DNA of 32,000 nt from Nonlabens ponticola (lineage in GTDB: Bacteria; Bacteroidota; Bacteroidia; Flavobacteriales; Flavobacteriaceae): NCBI RefSeq assembly GCF_003966335.1, contig NZ_CP034549.1, positions 1,830,001-1,862,000 on the forward strand, given 5' to 3'. Shown here one piece after another: positions 1 to 8,544 of the stretch (position 1 is its first letter; every line of letters begins with the position of its first letter). The notes beneath the pieces are model-generated. The model ran no database searches and was not told where the DNA came from. It saw only the letters and a program-made list of their open reading frames with translations. The position numbers and the translations under genes were made by a program.

Positions 1-1267
1 ATTATATGACAAATTTAGAGCGGTTACTTCTATACAGGTATTGATTGAGTTGGTCATCCCAATTCTAGCAGTAGTCGGGTTGTATCAATTATTCAATAAG
101 AACAACAAGCTGGAAGAAAAAGGTAAGGCATTGCTGTATGCAGCCATAGGTGTTGGCGGTTTGCTTGCCGTATTTGCAGCATTCGGTAATCAATTATTTG
201 ATTTTGCAGGAGCTTATGATGCAGCTTACTTGCAACAAGAACAATTAGGCAGTGGCTTTGTCGATGCCTTGAGGCAAGATCGATTTGAAGTGATGCGAGC
301 AGATAGTTTACGTGGCTTGTTTTACATAGGCGTGATTAGTCTTGCTTTATGGTTGTATTTTAAATCAAAGTTGCAAGAAAACGCGGTACTCATAATTGTT
401 GGGATTTTTATTCTAGTGGATTTAGTAAGTTTTGATTTGAACTATGTAAACGAGGATGATTATGTGAGCGCTAGCCAATATGACAATGCATTTCAGCGCA
501 CGCCTATAGATGAGCAGGTGTTACAAGATGATGGTTACTTCAGGGTTTATGATCAATTGATGAATCCTTTCAATAGTGCAAGAGCGCCTTATTTTCATAA
601 TGCTTTAGGTGGTTATCATGGTGCCAAGCCACGTCGCATTCAGGAGATAGCAGACTTCTATCTTTTTGATCCACAATTGGGAATGCGCTCAGGCCTCAAC
701 GAGCAAAATCAACAGATCTTGAGCATGTTCAATGTCAAGTATTTGATCGACGTTGATGAGGAAGGTTTACAATTAGTTGAGAATAGAGAAAACTTGGGTG
801 CCGCATGGTTTGTGAAAGAGTTGCAAGTAGTCAATAACGCTGATGAAGAAATGCTAGCACTAGCAAACCTTGATGGTAAGAAACGAGCTATCATGCAGCA
901 ATCAGAACTGGAGAAAATAAGTTTGAGTAATATCTCTGTAGATTCCACAGCACAAATCAGATTGATCAGTCACTCACCAGAACAAATGGTGTATCAAAGC
1001 ACCAATAGCAGCGATGCACTTGCCGTATTTTCTGAGGCCTATTATCCGCATGGTTGGATTGCAACTATTGATGGATTAGAAGTTCCTATCGCCAGGGCAA
1101 ACTATGCCTTGCGTGCGCTCAAGGTTCCTGCTGGTAGCCATAAGATAGAATTCACTTTTGAACCAGACGTAGTTGAGACCGGAACGGCTATCATGTTGAC
1201 AAGCAACGTCTTGCTGATTTTGCTATTGCTAGGAGGTACTTTTTATCTCGTACGTAAAAAGAACTGA
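1..1267 (+). CDS. YfhO-family (GT-C-like) integral membrane protein, C-terminal part; the 5' end lies upstream of the window
   Basis: Frame 2 is open from base 2 (LYDKFRAVTSIQV...) with no stop before the TTG that the ORF track uses as M at 41, so the gene is 5'-truncated. It has hydrophobic segments, the motif NALGGYHGAKPRRIQE, a soluble C-terminal domain and a final TM helix (LTSNVLLILLLLGGTFYLV) followed by RKKN. This pattern is typical of YfhO-like proteins. Confidence 0.7.
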   Translation, partial: LYDKFRAVTSIQVLIELVIPILAVVGLYQLFNKNNKLEEKGKALLYAAIGVGGLLAVFAAFGNQLFDFAGAYDAAYLQQEQLGSGFVDALRQDRFEVMRADSLRGLFYIGVISLALWLYFKSKLQENAVLIIVGIFILVDLVSFDLNYVNEDDYVSASQYDNAFQRTPIDEQVLQDDGYFRVYDQLMNPFNSARAPYFHNALGGYHGAKPRRIQEIADFYLFDPQLGMRSGLNEQNQQILSMFNVKYLIDVDEEGLQLVENRENLGAAWFVKELQVVNNADEEMLALANLDGKKRAIMQQSELEKISLSNISVDSTAQIRLISHSPEQMVYQSTNSSDALAVFSEAYYPHGWIATIDGLEVPIARANYALRALKVPAGSHKIEFTFEPDVVETGTAIMLTSNVLLILLLLGGTFYLVRKKN

Positions 1268-2550
1268 TGCAATCTTCTATATACATCGTTTGCTATTACT
1301 GGCCACCGGCTGGCGGACCTGGCGTGCAGCGATGGTTGACAATGTCTCATTATTTAGTTGAATCTAATTACCACGTCACCGTCGTGATTCCAGAAAATGC
1401 TGATTACCCAGTCACAGATGCAAGCCTGACCAATGACATAAATCCAAAAATCACCATCAAAAAAATTGCCATCAAGGAACCAACCCGATGGATAAAAAAG
1501 ATTCTAGGTGGTAAGACTGCACAGCTACAAAAAGGTATCTTAAATAAAAAACCTGGACTGCTGGAACGCGCATTACTTTGGGTGCGTGGTAATTATTTTA
1601 TTCCAGATGCTCGTAAATCATGGGCTGATAGAGTAGTGCAGGAGCTAGAAAATGATTCTGCTTTCGCGAAAGCAAAAACTCTCATAACGACTGGACCACC
1701 ACATTCTGTACATCTCGTAGGATTGAAATTAAAAAAGAGGTTTACTAAAAACATCGAGTGGATCGCGGACTTTAGGGATCCATGGACTACCATAGGCTAT
1801 CACGACAAATTGCGATTATCGCTAAATGCTCAAGAAAAACACTTAAAACTTGAAAAGCAAGTGCTAGACAGCGCAGATAAATTGCTGGTAACAAGTCCTA
1901 CAACAAGAGCAGAATTTGAAGCCAAAACCAAAACAGCAATAACTGTCATCACCAATGGCTTCAACATAGAACCTAACAATACATCACAACCAGCTGGAAA
2001 GTTCACGTTGAGCCACATAGGTACGCTACTCGCAGATCGCAATCCTATTCATTTATGGATAACGCTTGCAGAACTTATAGAGATCAGAGAAGACTTTGCT
2101 GCAGATTTTAAATTACAATTGGCAGGAAATGTAGGTGACGACATTATTAACAGTCTAAAAGAATGTCAATTACTTAATTACACAAACCTTAAAGGATACT
2201 TATCGCATCAAGAAGCGGTCAATGCGATGTACAACTCACAAGCATTATTGTTAATCGAGATTGATAGTGCAGATACCCAGGCGATCATTCCTGGAAAATT
2301 ATTTGAATATATCGCAAGCCGCAGACCAGTCATAGCAATCGGGCCAGAGCAATCAGATATTATTCAAATATTGTATGAAAGTAATGCAGGAACGTATTTT
2401 AAATACCGCGACCCACATTTATCGCGACACATCCTAGAACTTTATCAAGCTTACAAAAAGAATGAGTTACTAGGAAATCATCAGGAGATCAATAATTACC
2501 ATCGCTCAAACTTAACCGATCAATTGATCAAAATTATCCAGAAGCGCTAA
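1267..2550 (+). CDS. Glycosyltransferase, GT-B fold (family 4-like)
   Basis: 427-aa ORF. The N-terminus (YIVCYYWPPAGGPGVQRW) and the C-terminal half (PGKLFEYIASRRPVIAIGP) fit GT4/GT-B enzymes. Its ATG overlaps the upstream TGA by 1 nt (cTGATGc), which indicates translational coupling. Confidence 0.75.
   Translation: MQSSIYIVCYYWPPAGGPGVQRWLTMSHYLVESNYHVTVVIPENADYPVTDASLTNDINPKITIKKIAIKEPTRWIKKILGGKTAQLQKGILNKKPGLLERALLWVRGNYFIPDARKSWADRVVQELENDSAFAKAKTLITTGPPHSVHLVGLKLKKRFTKNIEWIADFRDPWTTIGYHDKLRLSLNAQEKHLKLEKQVLDSADKLLVTSPTTRAEFEAKTKTAITVITNGFNIEPNNTSQPAGKFTLSHIGTLLADRNPIHLWITLAELIEIREDFAADFKLQLAGNVGDDIINSLKECQLLNYTNLKGYLSHQEAVNAMYNSQALLLIEIDSADTQAIIPGKLFEYIASRRPVIAIGPEQSDIIQILYESNAGTYFKYRDPHLSRHILELYQAYKKNELLGNHQEINNYHRSNLTDQLIKIIQKR
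1659..1674. repeat. Iterated palindrome copy 1: TGCTTTCGCGAAAGCA (perfect 16-mer; 14-nt core 1660-1673)
   Basis: Read directly. It lies inside the GT4 CDS in frame GCT TTC GCG AAA GCA = AFAKA. Confidence 0.95.
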
Positions 2551-4019
2551 TGGGAATGGTCATTAAACATAGCAGTTGGAATCTGGTTATTACCGCAATT
2601 GGTTTTGTGTTGGGTGCCGTGAACGTTCTACTACTTGCGACAACCTATCTAAATGACAATTACTACGGTTTATGGGGTTACGTGCTATCTACCTCATTTT
2701 TAATTTTCCCGTTGATGTCCTTTGGGATTCATAATACGATTGTCAAATTTTATAGTTCGTATAAAACCAAAGAGGAGCGTGATAATTTTCTTTCTCAAAT
2801 GCTATTGTGGCCATTAGTAGCCCTCACGTTTATCATTGGATTGATCTACATCTATCAGACCGATCTAAGGCTATTTATCTCATCACGTAATCAAATCTCT
2901 GGTGACTATTTGTGGGCAATAGTTCTGGTAGCAGTTTTTCAAGCCTATTTTGAAATATGGTACAGCTGGACCAAAGTTCACTACAAAACCATAGGAGGTA
3001 ATTTTCTCAAAGAGGTTTTCTATCGCGCTGCCGCAACTGTAATGCTTTGCCTGGTGGCACTAGACATAATCACTCAAACGCAGTTTATCTATAGCCTGGT
3101 TCTCATCTATTTTTTGCGCATGTTACTAATGGCCATCGTTGCCTTGAGAGTTTATACTCCGGTTTTTGAGATAAAAAAACTTGTTGCCGTGCGAGAGCTG
3201 GTTTACTACTCTGTGTTGATGATTATTGCTGGGTCAGTGGCGACAGCTTTGCTCGATCTGGATAAAACGATGATCAATCAATACATTGACATCGCCAATA
3301 TCGCTTACTACAATGTTCCTGTTTTCATGGCGACCGTGGTGGCGATTCCGTCGCGTGGTATGGCGCAGATAATCCACCCATTGACAGCACGCTTTTTCAA
3401 TGGCAATCAGCTAGATGAAGTTGAGAATTTGTATAAACGCAGTTCTTTGAATCTCACGATTATTGCTGGACTATTGCTGTTACTTGTTTTGTGTAACGCA
3501 TCACAATTCTATCTTTTTCTGCCGCCAGAATTTGCGGTTGCTTTACCGGTATTATTTTTCATTTGCATCGTGAAGTTTACTGAGAATGTGCTGGGCAGCA
3601 ACAACGCGATACTCTACAGCACAAATCTTTATCAGGTCACATTGTGGCTAGGCCTTGCACTTGCTGTGGTGGCATGGCTCCTCAACATGTGGCTGATACC
3701 GTTGTATGGTTTGACGGGTGCTGCGATAGCTACCTGTGTGGCTTATGTGTGTTACGCTTTCGCGAAAGCGGTATACGTAAAAATAAAACTCAACATGCAT
3801 CCATGGACTAGGGAAACGACCGTCGTCTTGCTAGTGGTCGTCGTACTATTAGTTGCGTTTTATTTCTGGGATTTTCCTTTTGACAAATACACCAACATCC
3901 TATTGAAGTCAACGCTTATATCTTTATTGTACATAGCGAGTGTATACAGATTGAAGTTATCTAGCGAGATCAATGATCTAGTTCATAAAGGCATAGAAAA
4001 AATAAAGCGTCGACCATAA
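2550..4019 (+). CDS. Polysaccharide/oligosaccharide flippase (MOP/Wzx-like polysaccharide biosynthesis protein)
   Basis: 489-aa protein that is hydrophobic throughout, with about 12-14 predicted TM helices. Its start overlaps the GT4 stop (TAATG). It sits in a glycan-locus context. Confidence 0.7.
   Translation: MGMVIKHSSWNLVITAIGFVLGAVNVLLLATTYLNDNYYGLWGYVLSTSFLIFPLMSFGIHNTIVKFYSSYKTKEERDNFLSQMLLWPLVALTFIIGLIYIYQTDLRLFISSRNQISGDYLWAIVLVAVFQAYFEIWYSWTKVHYKTIGGNFLKEVFYRAAATVMLCLVALDIITQTQFIYSLVLIYFLRMLLMAIVALRVYTPVFEIKKLVAVRELVYYSVLMIIAGSVATALLDLDKTMINQYIDIANIAYYNVPVFMATVVAIPSRGMAQIIHPLTARFFNGNQLDEVENLYKRSSLNLTIIAGLLLLLVLCNASQFYLFLPPEFAVALPVLFFICIVKFTENVLGSNNAILYSTNLYQVTLWLGLALAVVAWLLNMWLIPLYGLTGAAIATCVAYVCYAFAKAVYVKIKLNMHPWTRETTVVLLVVVVLLVAFYFWDFPFDKYTNILLKSTLISLLYIASVYRLKLSSEINDLVHKGIEKIKRRP
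3754..3771. repeat. Iterated palindrome copy 2: aCGCTTTCGCGAAAGCGg
   Basis: Read directly. It lies inside the flippase CDS and is read as AFAKA. Confidence 0.95.
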
Positions 4020-4030
4020 CTGGCCGACGC
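4007..4030. terminator. Possible bidirectional hairpin between convergent genes
   Basis: gcgtcgacc / ggccgacgc forms a 9-bp stem with one mismatch and the loop ataact. It spans the flippase stop codon (4017-4019) and lies just 3' of the minus-strand gene that ends at 4056. There is no clear U-tract. Confidence 0.3.
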
Positions 4031-4055
4031 TCTACTCACTCACGCAACTTTATAA

Positions 4056-5528
4056 TTATCCTCTTCTGGATGATCTACCAGATGATCTTTTACTGCTTGA
4101 TCCACGGCTGCTTCTAGCTTTGGATTGTGATCTTTTAGGTGCGCTCGTTCTTGCTTTTGAAGAAGAACGACTAGGTGCGCTTGATCTTGCCTTAGACTGT
4201 GATCTTTTAGGCGTGCTAGTTCTTGCACTTGATCTATTAGATCTTTTGGGTGCAGTCGTTCTAGCTCTTGAGCCACGATTGCTTGAGGTGCGTGCACTTG
4301 ATCCTCTATTATCAGATCGTGAAGTTCTCGCACTGCTCTTGCGATCAGATCTTTGAGATCTTTGTGTCGTAGTTCCACGTGAACCTCTTGAAGCAGTTCT
4401 TGAGTCTCTAGTTATTGCTTTTCTATTGCCTGCAGTAGATCGTGAACTGCGTCCAGCGCTACTTCTTGCATTATCTGAAGTTCTAGAATTTCCTCTAGTG
4501 CTTACACCACTACGATTAGAGTTTCCTCTGGCAGTTCTTGTACCCACCTTGTTCTGGGTACTTCTACCTCTAGAACTAGTCGCTCTATTATTAGAACTTC
4601 TACCAGTAGATCGATTGTTGATACTGCGACCATTGCGATCATTACCAGTTATCTTTCTACCATTATTAGAGCGAGAAGCAAGACCACTTGATCTACCATT
4701 GCGAGATTGACTCGCACGTCTGCCTACATTGTCATTACTGCGTCTCAAGGATTTTCTACCACTAGCATACGCGTTGCGAGTATCAATCGCTCTACGACCG
4801 GTCGCGATAGCACGACCTCGATTGTTCCTGCGACCTCTCTCATAATCTCTATAGACTACTCGATCATAAGGTCTGTAAAAAGTTCTATAGGCTCTATTGG
4901 AAACAAAGCATCCATTATAATAGGTAGGAGAATTCCAGTAGGTTCTATGATAGTTCCATGAAAATCTAATAGGGTTATAGAATCTTCTATAAGGCGTGTT
5001 ATATACTATCACACGATCCACTATCGGCGCTGCATAAAACCTGTGCCATGGTCTGAAAGTGTAGAACCTATTAAAGTTATTGATATAACCACGATAGTTC
5101 AATATCACACCAGGACGCGCATAGTTTACATAAAGATTACCAATGTTGTGTACGTATCCATTGCGGTAATTGATTATCACATTACCAGCCTGAATGATAC
5201 GACCATATTCATCATAGTAAATAGGCGTATTCTCGATCTGGATCACGGCACCATAGGTGTCGTACTGTACAAATCTATTGTAATCAAAACCTGTATTGAA
5301 AGATATATTGACGTTACCAAGATTTGCATTGACGCCAAACTGTGGTCCATAGTCTAGGAAATTGAAATCAAATTGTCCATCAGGGAAAACGGCAAACTCA
5401 ATTCCACCTTCATTAAAAATAAAATTGTCTGTGTAACCGCGGTAGCGATCTACATCTTCAGACTTCTCGGCGTGTGCCAGTCCCAATCCTAGGAACAGCA
5501 TCACAAAAACTGCGGAGAGATTTTTCAT
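4056..5528 (-). CDS. Secreted hypothetical protein: Tyr/Asn/Phe/Arg-rich N-domain plus a roughly 250-aa Arg/Ser-rich low-complexity C-terminal tail
   Basis: 490-aa ORF with a clear signal peptide (MKNLSAVFVMLFLGLGLAHA/EK). Residues from about 232 to 490 consist almost only of R, S, N, T, G, K and A. The tail ends in repeated ARTS(A/T)PKRSQSKARSS units. I recognise no family. Confidence 0.7.
   Translation of the reverse strand: MKNLSAVFVMLFLGLGLAHAEKSEDVDRYRGYTDNFIFNEGGIEFAVFPDGQFDFNFLDYGPQFGVNANLGNVNISFNTGFDYNRFVQYDTYGAVIQIENTPIYYDEYGRIIQAGNVIINYRNGYVHNIGNLYVNYARPGVILNYRGYINNFNRFYTFRPWHRFYAAPIVDRVIVYNTPYRRFYNPIRFSWNYHRTYWNSPTYYNGCFVSNRAYRTFYRPYDRVVYRDYERGRRNNRGRAIATGRRAIDTRNAYASGRKSLRRSNDNVGRRASQSRNGRSSGLASRSNNGRKITGNDRNGRSINNRSTGRSSNNRATSSRGRSTQNKVGTRTARGNSNRSGVSTRGNSRTSDNARSSAGRSSRSTAGNRKAITRDSRTASRGSRGTTTQRSQRSDRKSSARTSRSDNRGSSARTSSNRGSRARTTAPKRSNRSSARTSTPKRSQSKARSSAPSRSSSKARTSAPKRSQSKARSSRGSSSKRSSGRSSRRG
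4059..4343 (-). repeat. In-frame coding tandem-like repeats (period about 70 nt) in the RS-rich tail
   Basis: tgtgatcttttaggtgcgctcgttcttgc (about 4127) recurs as tgtgatcttttaggcgtgctagttcttgc (about 4197). At protein level this gives ARTSTPKRSQSKARSS ... ARTSAPKRSQSKARSS. Confidence 0.7.
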
Positions 5529-5799
5529 AGTAGTAGGGTATTAATGATAAGTTTCATTACTCATCTACTTAGGTATTACAACCAGCGTGCCAAACGACGA
5601 ATTACTACCATAAATAATAGTAATACTATTAAATGTGATTATTTCAACTTGTTGAAATTCAGTAAAATACCCACTTTTGAAACTGTGCAGAAAAAGTTTT
5701 GGGCTTACGAGTACGTTGTAGTTTGAGCTTAAATTATAGAACAGTTTTCTTTGAAAAGATCAGTATACGGATACATTTGATCTCAAAACAATTCAGAGC

Positions 5800-6540
5800 C
5801 TAAAACTGAATGTAAAGTATCTCTGTATCATCCTCTAGATCGATAGGCTCATAGATACCATAACTACTATCCATTCTGAATCCTATGGAGCCAATATTTA
5901 CAAAAACTCGTGCCTCGATTTCACTACCATAGGCCACTGGATTTTCATAAGTAGCGCTTAATTCACCAAAAGTATGCCCTGGACTTATCATATCATCTGG
6001 GACGCCAGCACTGTCTATGATCTCAATGGTGGTGATGTTGCCACTCTCGTGGTAGAAATATGCCACATCAATATCTTCATACACCAATTTATATATATTA
6101 AAAGTGCCATCACCTGTTTCCAGAATATCATCTTTTAAGAAATATCCTTTATCAAGATTACTTCCAAGCAAAGCTTCAACAGATCTATTCTCATTTAAGG
6201 CAGCTAGACCTAGATATTGCAACACTCTTGTGGAATCAAAGGGCAAATAAACAAACTCTGGGTAGTCTTCTTCGTCATCTTCCAGATTTTCCAGAAGCTC
6301 AGCAGACTTTTCAACTACTTTTCTAACAGTCTCATTTAAGCTGGTATCTTGATCAGTGACATTTTTATACAGATCTGGTTTTGATCGTTTTTTATAATCT
6401 GGTTCTAAAGTCTCGCCAACCGAGTTCTCGCGACTTTCCTCTTTGTAATCTTTACAGCTTATCAAAAGAACAAATAATAATAGGGCATAGGCCGGAATGC
6501 AAATTCTCGTAATAGTGCCATGTGATTTAAGCCACTGCAT
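5800..6540 (-). CDS. Hypothetical lipoprotein
   Basis: The preferred start is the ATG at 6540 (MQWLKSHGTITRICIPAYALLLFVLLISCKD), which gives an n-region, an h-region and a lipobox Cys. The ORF track's start at 6567 would add 9 aa and lengthen the overlap with the upstream gene. I recognise no domain. It overlaps the photolyase 3' end by 14 nt on the same strand. Confidence 0.65.
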   Translation of the reverse strand: MQWLKSHGTITRICIPAYALLLFVLLISCKDYKEESRENSVGETLEPDYKKRSKPDLYKNVTDQDTSLNETVRKVVEKSAELLENLEDDEEDYPEFVYLPFDSTRVLQYLGLAALNENRSVEALLGSNLDKGYFLKDDILETGDGTFNIYKLVYEDIDVAYFYHESGNITTIEIIDSAGVPDDMISPGHTFGELSATYENPVAYGSEIEARVFVNIGSIGFRMDSSYGIYEPIDLEDDTEILYIQF

Positions 6541-7846
6541 CTTTATAGGTTTTAAGACAACGTTCACGTGCTTCCTTGTGATCCACCATCATATCGGGAT
6601 ATTTGTCCGTATCATGTTCTGGTACAAACTCTTCTATATACTCACGGTTTTTGTCAAACTTATCCTTTTGAGTAATTGGGTTGAATATCCTGAAATAAGG
6701 TGCCGCATCAACACCACTGCCAGCGGCCCATTGCCAATTACCTACATTGCTGGACATTTCATAATCTAGAAGCTTCTCGGCAAAATAGGACTCGCCCCAA
6801 CGCCAGTCGATGAGTAAATGCTTGCATAAAAAACTAGCGACAAGCATGCGCACGCGGTTGTGCATGTAGCCTGTCTGGTTGAGTTGTCGCATGCCTGCAT
6901 CCACTAGTTTGTATCCAGTCTCACCTTTTTTCCACTTTTCAAACTCATCCTCATTATTGCGCCATTCAATACGATCATATTTGGATCTAAACGCATTATC
7001 TCGCGTTTCAGGAAAGTGAAACAATATCTGCATGAAGAATTCACGCCAGATCAATTCTGATAGGAATGTCATGTTTTTTGATTGCAATCCTTTCTTGACC
7101 ATTTTACGCGGACTAGCAACACCAAACCTCAGATAAACTCCTAATCTAGTAGTTCCTTCTTGTGCTGGATAATTTCTGGTATCCTCGTAATTCTCAATCG
7201 TGGTAGGCTTCACGTCATATTCGGGAACCTCAATGCTACTTTTTTTGAAACCCATATCGGATAAGGTCAGATTAGGTAATCTTGAGTGATCAATACAATT
7301 CTCAAGTACAGAGCTGGTGTAGTAAACTCTTAAGCCATCAGCATCGCCGTGTTCTTCTTCAAAACGTTCCAGCCATTTATTTTTATAAGGTGTGTAAACC
7401 ACATAAGGATCGCCATCGTTCTTGACAACCTCACTCTTTTCAAAAATGACTTGGTCTTTAAAGGTTTTGAACTTAATGTTATGATCGTTCAAAAACTTCT
7501 CAATCTCGCCATCGCGATCCTTGGCATAGGGTTCATAATCGCGGTTAGTATAGACACTGGAAACATTGTATTCATCGACCAGATCCTTCCATATTTCGTC
7601 TGGTTTGCCGTAGTACATGGCGATGGAACTGCCAACTTCATCTTGCAGTTTGCTACGCATGCGTTGTAATTCTTCAAAGATAAAAGTCACTCGTGCATCA
7701 TCTTCTGGTAGCTCGTCAAGGATATTCTTGTCAAAAATGAAAATAGGCAGGACAGGCAAATCATCATTGAGAGCCTCATAGAAACCCACATTATCATCCA
7801 GCCTCAAATCCCTGCGGAACCAAAAGATATTTACTTTATCAGCCAT
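6527..7846 (-). CDS. phr: Deoxyribodipyrimidine photolyase (cryptochrome/photolyase family, class I-like)
   Basis: 439 aa. The N-terminus reads IFWFRRDLRLDDNVGF. The FAD-binding region reads WREFF...GYMHNRVRMLVASFLCKHLLIDWRWGESYFAEKLLDYEMSSNVGNWQWAAGSGVDAAPYFRIFNP. The DAAPYFRIFNP signature fits class I CPD/(6-4)-type enzymes rather than Cry-DASH. Confidence 0.85.
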   Translation of the reverse strand: MADKVNIFWFRRDLRLDDNVGFYEALNDDLPVLPIFIFDKNILDELPEDDARVTFIFEELQRMRSKLQDEVGSSIAMYYGKPDEIWKDLVDEYNVSSVYTNRDYEPYAKDRDGEIEKFLNDHNIKFKTFKDQVIFEKSEVVKNDGDPYVVYTPYKNKWLERFEEEHGDADGLRVYYTSSVLENCIDHSRLPNLTLSDMGFKKSSIEVPEYDVKPTTIENYEDTRNYPAQEGTTRLGVYLRFGVASPRKMVKKGLQSKNMTFLSELIWREFFMQILFHFPETRDNAFRSKYDRIEWRNNEDEFEKWKKGETGYKLVDAGMRQLNQTGYMHNRVRMLVASFLCKHLLIDWRWGESYFAEKLLDYEMSSNVGNWQWAAGSGVDAAPYFRIFNPITQKDKFDKNREYIEEFVPEHDTDKYPDMMVDHKEARERCLKTYKDAVA

Positions 7847-7849
7847 AAA

Positions 7850-8542
7850 TTATACGGATAAGGATCCTTTACCACCATTAATTCCTAATACTTGACCAGT
7901 CATCCAGCCTGCATTTTGTTCCAGTAAATAGACAGCAAGTCCAGCAACATCTTCTGGTGTTCCTACACGCTTTAATGGGTGTAGCTCATCCATTTTTTCT
8001 TTTTTGGAATCGTTACTAAGTAATCTACCTGCTAGTGGTGTGTCCACTAGCGATGGTGCGATCACATTGACTCTTACCGTTGGCGCATATTCTGCTGCTA
8101 GTGCTTTTGCAAAACCTTCAATGGCACCTTTAGCCGCTGCTACACTGGTATGAAAAGGCATACCTGTTGCCACCGCAACTGTTGAGAAGAATACCGCGCT
8201 GCTGCTTTCTGCTTTGGTCAAAAGTGGCATGACTGCTCTGGTTACTTTTACCAGTGAGAAAAAGTTGATCTGCATATCTTCTTCAAACACTTCTTGCTTC
8301 AGCATTTTGAAAGGCTTGAGATTGATGCTTCCTGGACAATACACAAAACCATGCAGTGCTTCTGGCAAAGAACTAGTATCTAATTCATCACTCGTTGCAT
8401 CAAACGGAATGTGGGTCACGCCATCGGGCAAGTTTTCATTCTCGCGTGAGGCAACAAAAACATTGTTGCCATCATGCATGTGTTGGACTATGGCATTCCC
8501 TATACCGTGGCTTCCGCCTATGAGTAGAATATTCTTGGACAT
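7850..8542 (-). CDS. Short-chain dehydrogenase/reductase (SDR) fold protein, atypical active site
   Basis: 230 aa. It has a Rossmann motif (LLIGGSHGIGNAI) and an SDR core (RVNVIAPSLVDTP, GRVGTPEDVA-like PLKRVGTPEDVAGL). The expected YxxxK reads VAAAK (V134, K138). It is separated from the photolyase start by 3 nt. Confidence 0.8.
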   Translation of the reverse strand: MSKNILLIGGSHGIGNAIVQHMHDGNNVFVASRENENLPDGVTHIPFDATSDELDTSSLPEALHGFVYCPGSINLKPFKMLKQEVFEEDMQINFFSLVKVTRAVMPLLTKAESSSAVFFSTVAVATGMPFHTSVAAAKGAIEGFAKALAAEYAPTVRVNVIAPSLVDTPLAGRLLSNDSKKEKMDELHPLKRVGTPEDVAGLAVYLLEQNAGWMTGQVLGINGGKGSLSV

Positions 8543-8544
8543 AA

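Noticed and set aside
4040-4961. ORFs 4040..4378(-), 4120..4356(+), 4426..4710(+) and 4707..4961(+) overlap the RS-rich gene
   Set aside because: These are alternative-frame and antisense shadows of a low-complexity, repeat-containing coding region. Their products are Leu/Asp/His-rich or Leu/Pro-rich low-complexity strings with no signal sequence or start context. The 490-aa frame has a proper signal peptide and explains the region.
5544-5726. 60-aa ORF in the 270-nt intergenic region
   Set aside because: It is AT-rich and I recognise no motif in it. It lies on the opposite strand to both neighbours. The region is more plausibly the promoter and leader of the RS-rich gene.
5757-5783. Possible terminator hairpin after the lipoprotein gene (agatca...tgatct with inner gtat/atac)
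   Set aside because: The stem is only 6 bp, has an interior loop and is followed by a poor U-tract on the minus strand. I am not confident enough to list it as a feature.
6527-7846. Possibility that the photolyase-family gene is a Cry-DASH cryptochrome
   Set aside because: The C-terminal FAD-site motif reads WQWAAGSGVDAAPYFRIFNP, as in class I photolyases. The DASH-type variant of this motif is not present. The subclass still needs a phylogeny.
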